A DNA stretch of 64,000 nucleotides from Reclinomonas americana ATCC 50394 (taxonomy: Eukaryota), in the NCBI GenBank assembly GCA_048213135.1, contig PS015110.1, positions 50,221 to 114,220 on the forward strand, read 5' to 3'. How positions within the stretch are numbered: position 1 is the first letter of the stretch; each line of letters starts with the position of its first letter. Position numbers and translations under genes: made by a program. This document shows positions 48,740 to 60,700 of this stretch, in pieces. The notes beneath the pieces are model-generated. The model saw only the letters and a list, made by a program, of their open reading frames with translations, made no database searches and was not told the DNA's origin.

Positions 48740-51700
48740 AGTCACTCACTTCTCCCTTCCCCCCCTTCTCCTCCCCCTGTGCAGCCGCCTCGCCCACCAA
48801 CCTGGGCGGCACGCTGACGGTCGCCGGCAACACCACCCTCAACAGCGCGCTGTCAGTCATTGGCGGCGGTGCGGTCTCGCTGGACGGTCCGGTGACGGTG
48901 CAGAGCGGGCGTACGTTACGCTGCTCGGCGGTGGTGCCACCACACTTGGCGGCTCGCTGTCGGTAGGCGGCACCTCCACGTTCTCCTCGCTGGTGACCGC
49001 CAATGCCGGTGTGACGGTGACGACGGGTGCGCTGTCGCTGACCGGCACCACTGCTCTGTCGGTGTCGGCCGGTTCGTCCACCTTTGGCGGCACGCTGAGT
49101 GTCGCGTCGACGAGTTCGTTTGGCAACGATGTGACGATTGCCGCCGGCGGCAATTTCACTGTCACCAATGGCACGAGTACGCTGGGCGGCGCGGCCTCGA
49201 TTGCGGGTGCGGCCTCGATTGGCAGCACGCTGAGCGTCGGCGGCGCCTCCACCCTCAACGGCAATGTCAACATTACGGGCACGAGTACACTGACGGTTGG
49301 CGCTGGTGCCACGTCGCTGGGCGGCACGCTGACTGTGACGGGTGCGGCGACATTCTTGGGCGGCGTCAACTTTACTGGTGGATCGACCGTCAACGGCAAC
49401 CTCACCGTGGCCTCGCCGTTCAACTTTACGGTGGCCGGTGCCGCCTCGACGTCGTCGATTGGCGGCTCGCTGAATGTGACGGGCGTGACGACACTGAATG
49501 GAGCGCTGACGGCCAACTCGACCACGACGCTGAACGGCAACGTAAATATTGCGTCGCCGGCGACGCTGACGGTGGCCGGTGCGGTGCCGACGGTCCTCAA
49601 CGGCTCGCTGTCGGTGGTCGGCGTCACCAACCTCGGCAACAANNNNNNNNNNNNNNNNNNNNNNNNNNNNNNNNNNNNNNNNNNNNNNNNNNNNNNNNNN
49701 NNNNNNNNNNNNNNNNNNNNNNNNNNNNNNNNNNNNNNNNNNNNNNNNNNNNNNNNNNNNNNNNNNNNNNNNNNNNNNNNNNNNNNNNNNNNNNNNNNNN
49801 NNNNNNNNNNNNNNNNNNNNNNNNNNNNNNNNNNNNNNNNNNNNNNNNNNNNNNNNNNNNNNNNNNNNNNNNNNNNNNNNNNNNNNNNNNNNNNNNNNNN
49901 NNNNNNNNNNNNNNNNNNNNNNNNNNNNNNNNNNNNNNNNNNNNNNNNNNNNNNNNNNNNNNNNNNNNNNNNNNNNNNNNNNNNNNNNNNNNNNNNNNNN
50001 NNNNNNNNNNNNNNNNNNNNNNNNNNNNNNNNNNNNNNNNNNNNNNNNNNNNNNNNNNNNNNNNNNNNNNNNNNNNNNNNNNNNNNNNNNNNNNNNNNNN
50101 NNNNNNNNNNNNNNNNNNNNNNNNNNNNNNNNNNNNNNNNNNNNNNNNNNNNNNNNNNNNNNNNNNNNNNNNNNNNNNNNNNNNNNNNNNNNNNNNNNNN
50201 NNNNNNNNNNNNNNNNNNNNNNNNNNNNNNNNNNNNNNNNNNNNNNNNNNNNNNNNNNNNNNNNNNNNNNNNNNNNNNNNNNNNNNNNNNNNNNNNNNNN
50301 NNNNNNNNNNNNNNNNNNNNNNNNNNNNNNNNNNNNNNNNNNNNNNNNNNNNNNNNNNNNNNNNNNNNNNNNNNNNNNNNNNNNNNNNNNNNNNNNNNNN
50401 NNNNNNNNNNNNNNNNNNNNNNNNNNNNNNNNNNNNNNNNNNNNNNNNNNNNNNNNNNNNNNNNNNNNNNNNNNNNNNNNNNNNNNNNNNNNNNNNNNNN
50501 NNNNNNNNNNNNNNNNNNNNNNNNNNNNNNNNNNNNNNNNNNNNNNNNNNNNNNNNNNNNNNNNNNNNNNNNNNNNNNNNNNNNNNNNNNNNNNNNNNNN
50601 NNNNNNNNNNNNNNNNNNGAGAGAGAGAGAGAGAGAGAGAGAGAGACAACAAGGAGAGGGCGCAACCCGCACAGAAAATAACACTCTTTACTACCAAGTG
50701 GTCGCTCGCTTCGCTCGCTCGTTTCAATTTTCTCTTGCAACACAAATGCTCAGCGCTCTCCGTTGTTGCGCTCACACTCGCATCAACCGCTTCGCTCGCT
50801 CTTTCTTATCATTCGCTTAAAAACCAGTGCTTCGAGCTCTCTGTTTTTGTCTCTCATTTGTACAACAACCTCTCTTGATGAACAACCTCTCTTGATGTGT
50901 GCAGTCGCTCGCTTCGCTCGCTCGTTCCAAATCGCTTGCAACACCAGTGCTTTACGCTCTCAGATCCTGCCGCTTAATCCTGCGCCAATCTCACGCTCGC
51001 TTCGCTCGCTCTTTCCCAACACCCCCCTCCTCTCTCTCTATCGCTCGCTTCGCTCCTATCCCTTCCCCACCACTCACCTAAGACACTCAGCGCCCCCGTC
51101 ACCGTCGCCGACGACCCAAACGTGGCCACTCCCGTCACCCCCAACGTACTGCTCAGCGTCGTGGCCCCGGTCACCGCCACCGTTCCACCAAGCGTCACTG
51201 CGCCCGTGCCCGTGGTCAGCGTGTTCGTGCCCGGAATCGACACGTTACCGTTGAGCGTCGAGGCGCCGCCGACCGACAGCGAGCTGCTCAACGTGGTGGC
51301 ACCGGCGGCGGTCAGAGTGCCACCGAGCGTGGTCGCCCCAGTGCCCACCGTAAACGTATTGGTGCCGGTCACCGACGTGTTGCCGTTAATGGTGGTCGCG
51401 CCCGTCACATTGGTGGTGCCGGTCAGCGACGTGGTGCCGTTGACCACAGTCAGATTGTTGCCAGCGGTGATGGTCACCGAGCCGGCAATGCTAGTGCCGC
51501 CGTTGAACGTGGCGAGACCCGTAAATGTCGAGGCGCCCGTCACGGCCAGCGTGCCGCCAAGTGTTGTCGCACTGCCGACACCCGTCGTGAGGTTTCTCGT
51601 TGGCGAGAGCGTTACATCGCCGTTAAAGGTCGACGCGCCACCAAGAGAGAACGGACCCGTGATGGTGGCGCCGCCGGCACTCACCGTCAGCGCGCCACCG

Positions 51701-54700
51701 AGCGTGGTGGTGCCCGAGTCGACCACCAGGTTGCCGGCGCCAAAGAGACGCACGTTGCTGTTGAAGGTCGCCGCGCCAGTGGTGTTTAGAGTGCCGCCGA
51801 TCGAGGTGTTGCCGGCGGCGCTGAGCGTACCACCCAGCGTCGTCGCACCCGTGCCGACAGTGAACGTATTGGCGCCGGTCACCGATGTGTTGCCGTTCAA
51901 GGTGGTGGTGCCGGTGACCACAGAGTTGCCAGTCACTGTCGAGTTACCGGCCACAGACAGTGCGCCACTGACCGTGGTCAGGCCAGTGCCCGTCGTCAGC
52001 GTCGTGGCGCCCGTCAGTGTCGTGTTGCCAGAGAGCGTAGTGGCANNNNNNNNNNNNNNNNNNNNNNNNNNNNNNNNNNNNNNNNNNNNNNNNNNNNNNN
52101 NNNNNNNNNNNNNNNNNNNNNNNNNNNNNNNNNNNNNNNNNNNNNNNNNNNNNNNNNNNNNNNNNNNNNNNNNNNNNNNNNNNNNNNNNNNNNNNNNNNN
52201 NNNNNNNNNNNNNNNNNNNNNNNNNNNNNNNNNNNNNNNNNNNNNNNNNNNNNNNNNNNNNNNNNNNNNNNNNNNNNNNNNNNNNNNNNNNNNNNNNNNN
52301 NNNNNNNNNNNNNNNNNNNNNNNNNNNNNNNNNNNNNNNNNNNNNNNNNNNNNNNNNNNNNNNNNNNNNNNNNNNNNNNNNNNNNNNNNNNNNNNNNNNN
52401 NNNNNNNNNNNNNNNNNNNNNNNNNNNNNNNNNNNNNNNNNNNNNNNNNNNNNNNNNNNNNNNNNNNNNNNNNNNNNNNNNNNNNNNNNNNNNNNNNNNN
52501 NNNNNNNNNNNNNNNNNNNNNNNNNNNNNNNNNNNNNNNNNNNNNNNNNNNNNNNNNNNNNNNNNNNNNNNNNNNNNNNNNNNNNNNNNNNNNNNNNNNN
52601 NNNNNNNNNNNNNNNNNNNNNNNNNNNNNNNNNNNNNNNNNNNNNNNNNNNNNNNNNNNNNNNNNNNNNNNNNNNNNNNNNNNNNNNNNNNNNNNNNNNN
52701 NNNNNNNNNNNNNNNNNNNNNNNNNNNNNNNNNNNNNNNNNNNNNNNNNNNNNNNNNNNNNNNNNNNNNNNNNNNNNNNNNNNNNNNNNNNNNNNNNNNN
52801 NNNNNNNNNNNNNNNNNNNNNNNNNNNNNNNNNNNNNNNNNNNNNNNNNNNNNNNNNNNNNNNNNNNNNNNNNNNNNNNNNNNNNNNNNNNNNNNNNNNN
52901 NNNNNNNNNNNNNNNNNNNNNNNNNNNNNNNCCACCGACACTGAGTGTGGACGAGAGGGTGGAGGCGCCGGCCACACTCAGCGTGCCGCCGAGCGTGGTC
53001 GCACCAGTGCCCACCGTCAGCGTGTTCGTGCCCGTAATGTTCACGTTGCCGTTGGTGTTGAGGGAGCCGTTCAGCGTCGTGGTGCCTGCCGCGGTCAGGT
53101 TGCCAGTCACGGTGGCGTTGCCGCCAATCGTGGCGTTGCCGCCGTTCAGCACCAAATTGCTGGTGCCCGTAAGCGTCACGTCGTTCGAGAACGTCGACAC
53201 GCCACCCACCGACAGCGTACCGGCCAGCGTCGTCGTGCCCGTCACTGCAATGTTGCCGTTAAAGGTGGTGGTGGTTGGCGGCCCCATGCCCGCCAGAATC
53301 GTGAGACCGCCCGTAATCGTCACACCACTATTAAAGGTNNNNNNNNNNNNNNNNNNNNNNNNNNNNNNNNNNNNNNNNNNNNNNNNNNNNNNNNNNNNNN
53401 NNNNNNNNNNNNNNNNNNNNNNNNNNNNNNNNNNNNNNNNNNNNNNNNNNNNNNNNNNNNNNNNNNNNNNNNNNNNNNNNNNNNNNNNNNNNNNNNNNNN
53501 NNNNNNNNNNNNNNNNNNNNNNNNNNNNNNNNNNNNNNNNNNNNNNNNNNNNNNNNNNNNNNNNNNNNNNNNNNNNNNNNNNNNNNNNNNNNNNNNNNNN
53601 NNNNNNNNNNNNNNNNNNNNNNNNNNNNNNNNNNNNNNNNNNNNNNNNNNNNNNNNNNNNNNNNNNNNNNNNNNNNNNNNNNNNNNNNNNNNNNNNNNNN
53701 NNNNNNNNNNNNNNNNNNNNNNNNNNNNNNNNNNNNNNNNNNNNNNNNNNNNNNNNNNNNNNNNNNNNNNNNNNNNNNNNNNNNNNNNNNNNNNNNNNNN
53801 NNNNNNNNNNNNNNNNNNNNNNNNNNNNNNNNNNNNNNNNNNNNNNNNNNNNNNNNNNNNNNNNNNNNNNNNNNNNNNNNNNNNNNNNNNNNNNNNNNNN
53901 NNNNNNNNNNNNNNNNNNNNNNNNNNNNNNNNNNNNNNNNNNNNNNNNNNNNNNNNNNNNNNNNNNNNNNNNNNNNNNNNNNNNNNNNNNNNNNNNNNNN
54001 NNNNNNNNNAGCAGCACCAGTGGTGCTCAGCGTGCCAGTCAGCGCCGTGTTGCCTTGCACCAGCAGCGACGAGTTGAGTTGCGTGACGCCGCCCACCGTC
54101 AGGTTCGAGCTCGCATTCACCAGCGTGACTGAGCGGTAAAACAGGCCGTCACCCTGCGTCGTCAGTGCACCCGCCACTGTGGTGTCGCCAGCCACAGACA
54201 GCGAGCTGGAGAGCGTCGTCGCACCCGTCACCGACAGAGTATGCGCATTGATAATGGACACGTCGCCGTCTACCGACAAGGAGTCCTTCATCGAGGTGGT
54301 GCTGTGGAATGTCGAGGCGCCCGTCACATCCAGCACACCGCCGAGTGTGGTCGTGCCCGTGTTGACCGTCAAGCTGGCCGCACCAATGAGTGACACATTG
54401 TCGTGCAACAGAGTCTTGCCGGTGACCTCCAGTCCGCCCGACATGGTGGTGTCGCCGGCGACAGAGAGCGTGGAGCCGAGTGAGGTGGTTCCAGAGACCA
54501 CGGTCAAGTTGGCATTCGAGCTGACGGAAACGTCTTTCGTGAAATTGGAGAGTCCGCCCACCGACAGCGCGCCACCCAGCGAGGTGGTGCCACTGGTCAC
54601 AACGAGCGGCACTCCGGCACTGAGCGTCACCTGTCCGTTGAATGTGGAAGTGCTTTGCGCCGTCAGCGCGCCCGACAGCGTCGTCGTGCCGGTGACACCG

Positions 54701-57700
54701 AGGGTGCCGCCCACCGACAGCACACCGCCAATGTTGACAGTGCGCGTCGGGTCGACCGTCACATTGTTCGAGAACGTCGACGTGCCGCTGACGGTCAGTG
54801 CTCCATTCGCCGCCAGCGTGCCCGCGACGGAAACAGACCCGCCAAACGACGCTGCTCCCGTGCCGACGGCAAAGGTCTGTCCGTTGGCCACCGAGACGGC
54901 GCCACTGAAGAGCGAGCTGCCGGTCACACTCAGGCCGTTGGACAGGTTGCACGTACCGGTGACCAGCAGGTTCTTCACCGTGGTGGCTCCCATCAACACC
55001 GTCAGCGTGCCGGTGGTCACCGAAACGCTGCCGTCAAACTGCGCACTGCTGCCGACCGAGAGCGTCGACTGCATCTGTGCGGCACCGGCCACAACCAGAG
55101 GCCCACCCAGTGTCACTGTGCCGGTTCCGACAATAAGACCGTTGGAGCCAGCCACAGTCACGTCGGCGTTAAATGTCGACGGCGCACTGGCCGTCAGCGC
55201 ACCGCCGAGAGTTGTGACACCCACCACTGACAGTGTGGTGGACATGAGCGCCGAACCAGTCACTGTCAGTGCGGCGCCGACCGCCATGTTGCCAGTGGTG
55301 GACGCAGCACCGGTCACCGTCAGGCCCGACGACAGACTCGTGTTGCCGGCGACAGTCAGTGTGCCACCAAACGAGGAGGTGCCAGAGACCACCGAAAAGG
55401 CGTTGTTGCTCAGCACCGTGACGGCACCACCAAACGAGGTGGCGCCATTGGCCGACAGTGCACCCGCAAAAGTCGAGGTGCCAGTCACCGACAGCGTGCC
55501 CGTGACGGTGGCGTTGCCGCCAACCGCCAGCGCCGAAGTGCCGGTAATGGTCACTGGCCCGCTGGCGGTGATCGCGCCAGTGGTGGCCGCGCCAGTGAGT
55601 GTCGTCGTGCCCGTCACGGCCAGCGCGCCGCCGAGTGTGGTCGGTCCCGACATGACCGTCAACGCCTTGCCCGTGTTGATGCTGACGTCGCTGTTGAAGA
55701 GCGACACTCCAGTCACCGTCAGTGTCGACTGCAGCTGCGTGGCACCAGTGACCGTCAATGCTCCGCCCAAGGTCGACGGCGTGCCGACACCCACAGAGAA
55801 TGTGGTGCCCGCCGCCACGGTGGCCCCGCCATTAAAGGTGGCCATTCCGGTCGTCGCCAGCGTGCTACCCAGAGACGCCGCACCGGCCAGTGTCAGCGTG
55901 CCGTTGAGCGTGGTAGGCCCGGTGCCGACAGTAAAGGCCTTGGTGTCGGCCACAGAGACCGCCGACTGGAACAGCGACGCGCCGGCCACCGTCAGCGCAC
56001 CACCCATGGTCGCCGTGCCGGACACCAGCAGGGTGCCGCCGAGCGAGGTGGCGGCCGTGGCCACGGTGAATCCGGCCGCGCCAAGAATCTGCACAGCGCC
56101 AGTCAAATTGGCGCCGGCCGTGGCCGAAAACAGTCCGGCCACCGACGCCGTGCCGGCCACCGTCAGGTTGCCTCCCAGCGTGGTGGCTCCGGTACCGACT
56201 TGCAGGTTGGCCGTGTTGGCCAACACCACATTGCTGGCAAACGAGGCCACACCTGTCACACCCACCGTTGAGGCAAACGTCGCGGCGCCCGCCACCGCCA
56301 ACGACGAGCCGAGAGTTGTCGCCGAGTCGGTCACCGTCAGCGTGGCGCCCGTGGCCAGCGTCACACTACCTTGATGAAGCGTGGTAGATGCAGCGGTAAG
56401 TGCGCCACTCAGCAGCGTCGAGCCCGTCACACTCAGGGTGCCGCCGAGGCTGGTCGCCGCATCCGTGACTGTAAACTTGCGCGTCGTGCCAACGATCACG
56501 TCGCCACCCGCAAAGGTGACGGCGGCGTTCGTTGTCAGCACGCCGTTCAGCGTCGTGGTGCCGGCAACGGTGAGCGAGCCGCCAATCGCCGTCACGCCGG
56601 TGCCAACGGTGAGTGGTGTGGCGCTGTTGGCAATGGTCAAGGTGCCGGTCAGCGTTGTGTTGCCGCCGACGCTGAGCGACGAAGTGAGCGTGGTGGCGCC
56701 GGTCACCGCCAGCGTGGAGCCGAGCGATGTGGCACCGTTGACCACGGTCAGTGTGCGGCCCGTGGCCACTGTCACGTTCGTGTTCAAGGTGGCGGAGCCG
56801 CCACCCACCGACAGACCGGCAGTCAGCGTGGTGAGACCGTTCACCGTCAGCGAACCATTCATCGTCGTCGCACCGGTGCCGATGGTGACCGTCTGCGAGT
56901 CGGCCACCGAGAGGCCGGCATTCAGCGTGGCCAGTCCACCCACTGTCAGCGTTGACGTGAGCGACGTGGCACCGGTGACGCCCAGAGTGCCTCCGAGCAC
57001 CGCAGGCGCGGTGGCCACCGTAAAGGTGGAGGTATTGCCGAGGATGGAGACGGTGTTGTTGAGGGTGGTGGCACCGTTGATGACGGCAGAACCAGAGAGC
57101 GTGCTCGCGCCGCCCACCGTCAGCGAACCGCCCAGGGCGGTGGCACCGCCGCCGGCAAGTGTCAGCGTGCTGCCGGCTCCAATCGTCACACTGCCGCTGA
57201 GGGTGGAAGCACCGGTCACCGAAATGGTGCTGTTGAAGGTGGAGGCGCCCGACACGGACAGCGTGCCGCCGAGTGCGACGGCGCCCGTGCCGACTGTCAG
57301 CGTGTTGGTGCCTGAGATGGTCACCGAGTTCGAGAACACGCTGGCGGCTGTCGCCGAGAGCGCACCGTTGAGTGTGGTCACGCCGCTCACCGTCAGAGAG
57401 CCGCCGAGAGTGGTGGCGGCCGAGGTGACCGCCAAGGCCGCACCCGCCGGCAACGCGATACCACCGGCAAAGGTGGCCAGTCCGCCCACCGAGAGCGTGG
57501 AGCTCATGGTGGTGGCGCCAGTGACGGCTAGACTGCCACCCAGCGATGTGGCCGCATTCGCCACCGTCAGCGAGCTGCCCATGGCCAGCGATACGTTGCC
57601 GGCAAAAGTGGCCAGACCCGACGCACTCAGCGTGCCATTGACAACAATCGAACCTCCCATGGCCACCGTCAGCGACTTATTCGCCGCCAGTGTCACATTG

Positions 57701-60700
57701 TCGTTCAGTGTCGAGGTGCCAGTCACCACCAGCGTGGAGCTGAGGGTGGTGGCGCCTGTCACCGTCACTACGCCTCCAAACGACGAGGCGCCGTTGCCGA
57801 CAATCAATGCAGTGCCATTGGCCACCGTCACCGTGTTCTGGAAGAGCGCGGTTCCGGCAGCCGTCAGCGCGCCACTCAGCGTGGTCACACCCACCACCGA
57901 CACGGCACCATTCACCGTCGTCAGACCCGTGCCTGTGCTCAACTTGGCCGCACCCGTCAGCGTCACGTCGCTGGCAAACGTGCTGGCACCGCCCACCGAC
58001 AATGTCGACGTGAGCGCTGTGGCACCTGAGACCGACAGTGTGCCGCCGAGATTGACTGCAGTCAGGGCGCCAGTGGTCATCGTCTGGCCCATGGAGAGCG
58101 TCAGCGAGTTGTTGAAAATGCCGGCGCCGTTCACCGTCAGCGCAGAGAGCACCGTCGGACCGGTGGACACGGTCAGCGTCTTGCCGTTGCTGACATTGAC
58201 GTCGCCGGAGAAGGTGGCGGTGGATGCCACCGCCAGCGTGTCGCCAATGGTTGTCGGCACACCGGCCAGCACGCTAAACGAGGTGCCGCCAGTGACCTGC
58301 AGGCCGCCGGCCGTCGTGGCCAGTCCAGTGACCATGACGGTCGACGAGAGAGTCGTGGCGCCCGTCACACCGAGAGTGCCACCCAGCGATGTGGCGCCAC
58401 CGACCACCACCAAATTGTTGGTGCCGAGCACAGTCAACGGACCACCGCCAACATTGGCGCCAGCCGTGGCCGACAGGAATCCCGACAACGTCGTCACGCC
58501 CGTCACAGTCAGCGTGCCCGACAGTGAGGCTGCACCACCGCCTACCATCGTAAACGTGCGAGCATTAATCAGCGTCACATTGCCGTCAATGGTGGTCGCC
58601 GCCAGCAAGCTGACAGCACCGCTGAGGGTGGTGGCACCCGTCACCGCCAGCGTGCCACCGAGAATCGTGGCACCCGTGCCCACTGTCAGCGGCGTGGCGC
58701 CCGACAGAGTCACACTGGTGGCAAACGACGCGGCTCCAGTGACTTGCACCGCGCCGGCAAAGGCGGCCGTGGAAACGTTGGAGGTCAGCGACAAGTTGCC
58801 GCCCAGAGTCACCGCGCCCGTGCCCACTGTCAGCGTGGAAGCGCCGGAGAGCGTAAGGTTACCGTTGAGAGTGGTGCCGCCAGTAATAGCAATCCCACCC
58901 AGCAGTGTCGTCAGGCCTGTCACCGACAGTGTGCCGCCAAGCGTGGTTGCGCCCGTGCCGACGGTAAATGTCTGCAAGTTGGCCAGCGACACCGCACCGT
59001 TGAATGTGGTGGTGCCGGTGACCACGAGCGTGCCGCCGAGAGCAGTGGCTCCCGACACCACCGTCAGCGACTTGCCGTTGATGACACTGACGGCGCTGTC
59101 AAAGATCGATGTGGCGCCAGTCACACTCAGTAGTCCAGTCAGCGTCGTGGTGCCGCTGACCAGCAGCGTGCCACCGAGCGACGTCGCTCCGTTGCCGACA
59201 GTGAGAGTAAACGTGTTGGCCACGCTCACATTGCCGTTCAGCGTGGTGGCGCCGCCTACAGTCAGCGTCGTGGCAAGGCTCGTGGCGCCAGAGACCACCA
59301 GCGTGGAGCCGAGGGAGGTGGCGCCGCCCGCCACCGTCAACGTGTTGACGCCAGCCACCAGCAGGTTGCCGTTGAGGGTCGTCAGTCCCGTGACACCGAG
59401 TGTGCCAGCCAGAGTGGTGTTGCCGGTGACTGCCAGTGTGCCACCAAGTGTTGTGGCACCGGTGCCAACCGTGAGCTTGGTGCTCGCGCCCGACACGGAA
59501 ACATCGTTGCTGAATGTGGAGACGCCAGTGACACCCAGCGTGCCGCCGAGAGTCGTGGCGCCAGTGGTGACCACCAGCGGTTTGCCGGCCGTCACCGTCA
59601 CATCGCCAGAGAAAGTGGAGACGCCAGCGACGCCCAGTGTGCCGCCAATGGTGGTGGCACCGCCGTTGACGGAAAAGTTGCGCACGCCCGTAATGGCCAC
59701 ATCGTTGTTGAAGGTGGAGGTGCCGGCGACCACCAGCGTGCCGTTCAAGGCTGTGTTACCGGTGGTGGTCAGCGAGCCGCCGAGCGTCGTCGCTCCCGAC
59801 ACCACCGAGAGTGTGCGCGTGGCCTCCAAGGTCACATTGCCATCAAAGGTGGACGCCGCGTTGGCCGAGAGAACACCATTGAGTGTGGTGGCACCCGCCA
59901 CCGCGAGCGTGCTATTCAACGTCGTCACACCAGCCACCGTCAGTGTCGACGCGCCCGTCAGTGCCACATTGTTGGCAAACGTGGTGAGGCCGCCAACCGA
60001 GAGAGTGCTCAGCAACTGCGTCGCGCCGGTCACCGTCAGCGGTCCACCCAGTGACACCAGGCCGGTGCTGGTGGTGACGGTTCCGTTGAGTGCCGTGGCT
60101 CCCGTCACCGTCAGCGTGCCCTGCGCCGCCACATTGCCCGTCAGCGTGCTCGCTCCCGTCACTGCCAGTGTGCCGCCGAGCGAGGTGGCCCCGCCGACCA
60201 CCGTGAACGGACTCGTGCCCTGCACTGTGGTCGGGCCATTGAACTCCGCAGCCGACACGGCGTTGTTGGCAAAGATTGTGCCGGCCGAGGTGAGCGTCTG
60301 GCCCACCTGCACGGCCTGTTGGAAGTTGGCCAGGCCGCCAGTGACAGTCAGTGTCTTGGAGTTGGTGACCACAACGTCGCCGTTAAACGTCGTCGTGCCT
60401 TGCACCGACAGCGTCGACGCCAGAGCCGTCGCGCCGGTCACATTCAGCGTGCCGCCAAGAGTAGAAACTCCCGTGCCGACATTGAAGGCGTTGGCGCCGG
60501 TCACCGACAGTGTGCCGTTGACAGTGGTGGCCGCCGACACGGCCAGAGTGCCGCCGAGCACCGTGGCACCAGTGCCGACGGTGAATGTATTGGTTCCGGT
60601 GATGGAGACATTGTTGTTGAAGGTGGTGGCACCGTTGGCCGTCAGCGGACCCGTCAGAGTCGAAGCGCCCGTCACATTCAGAGCACCGCCCAGCGACGTG

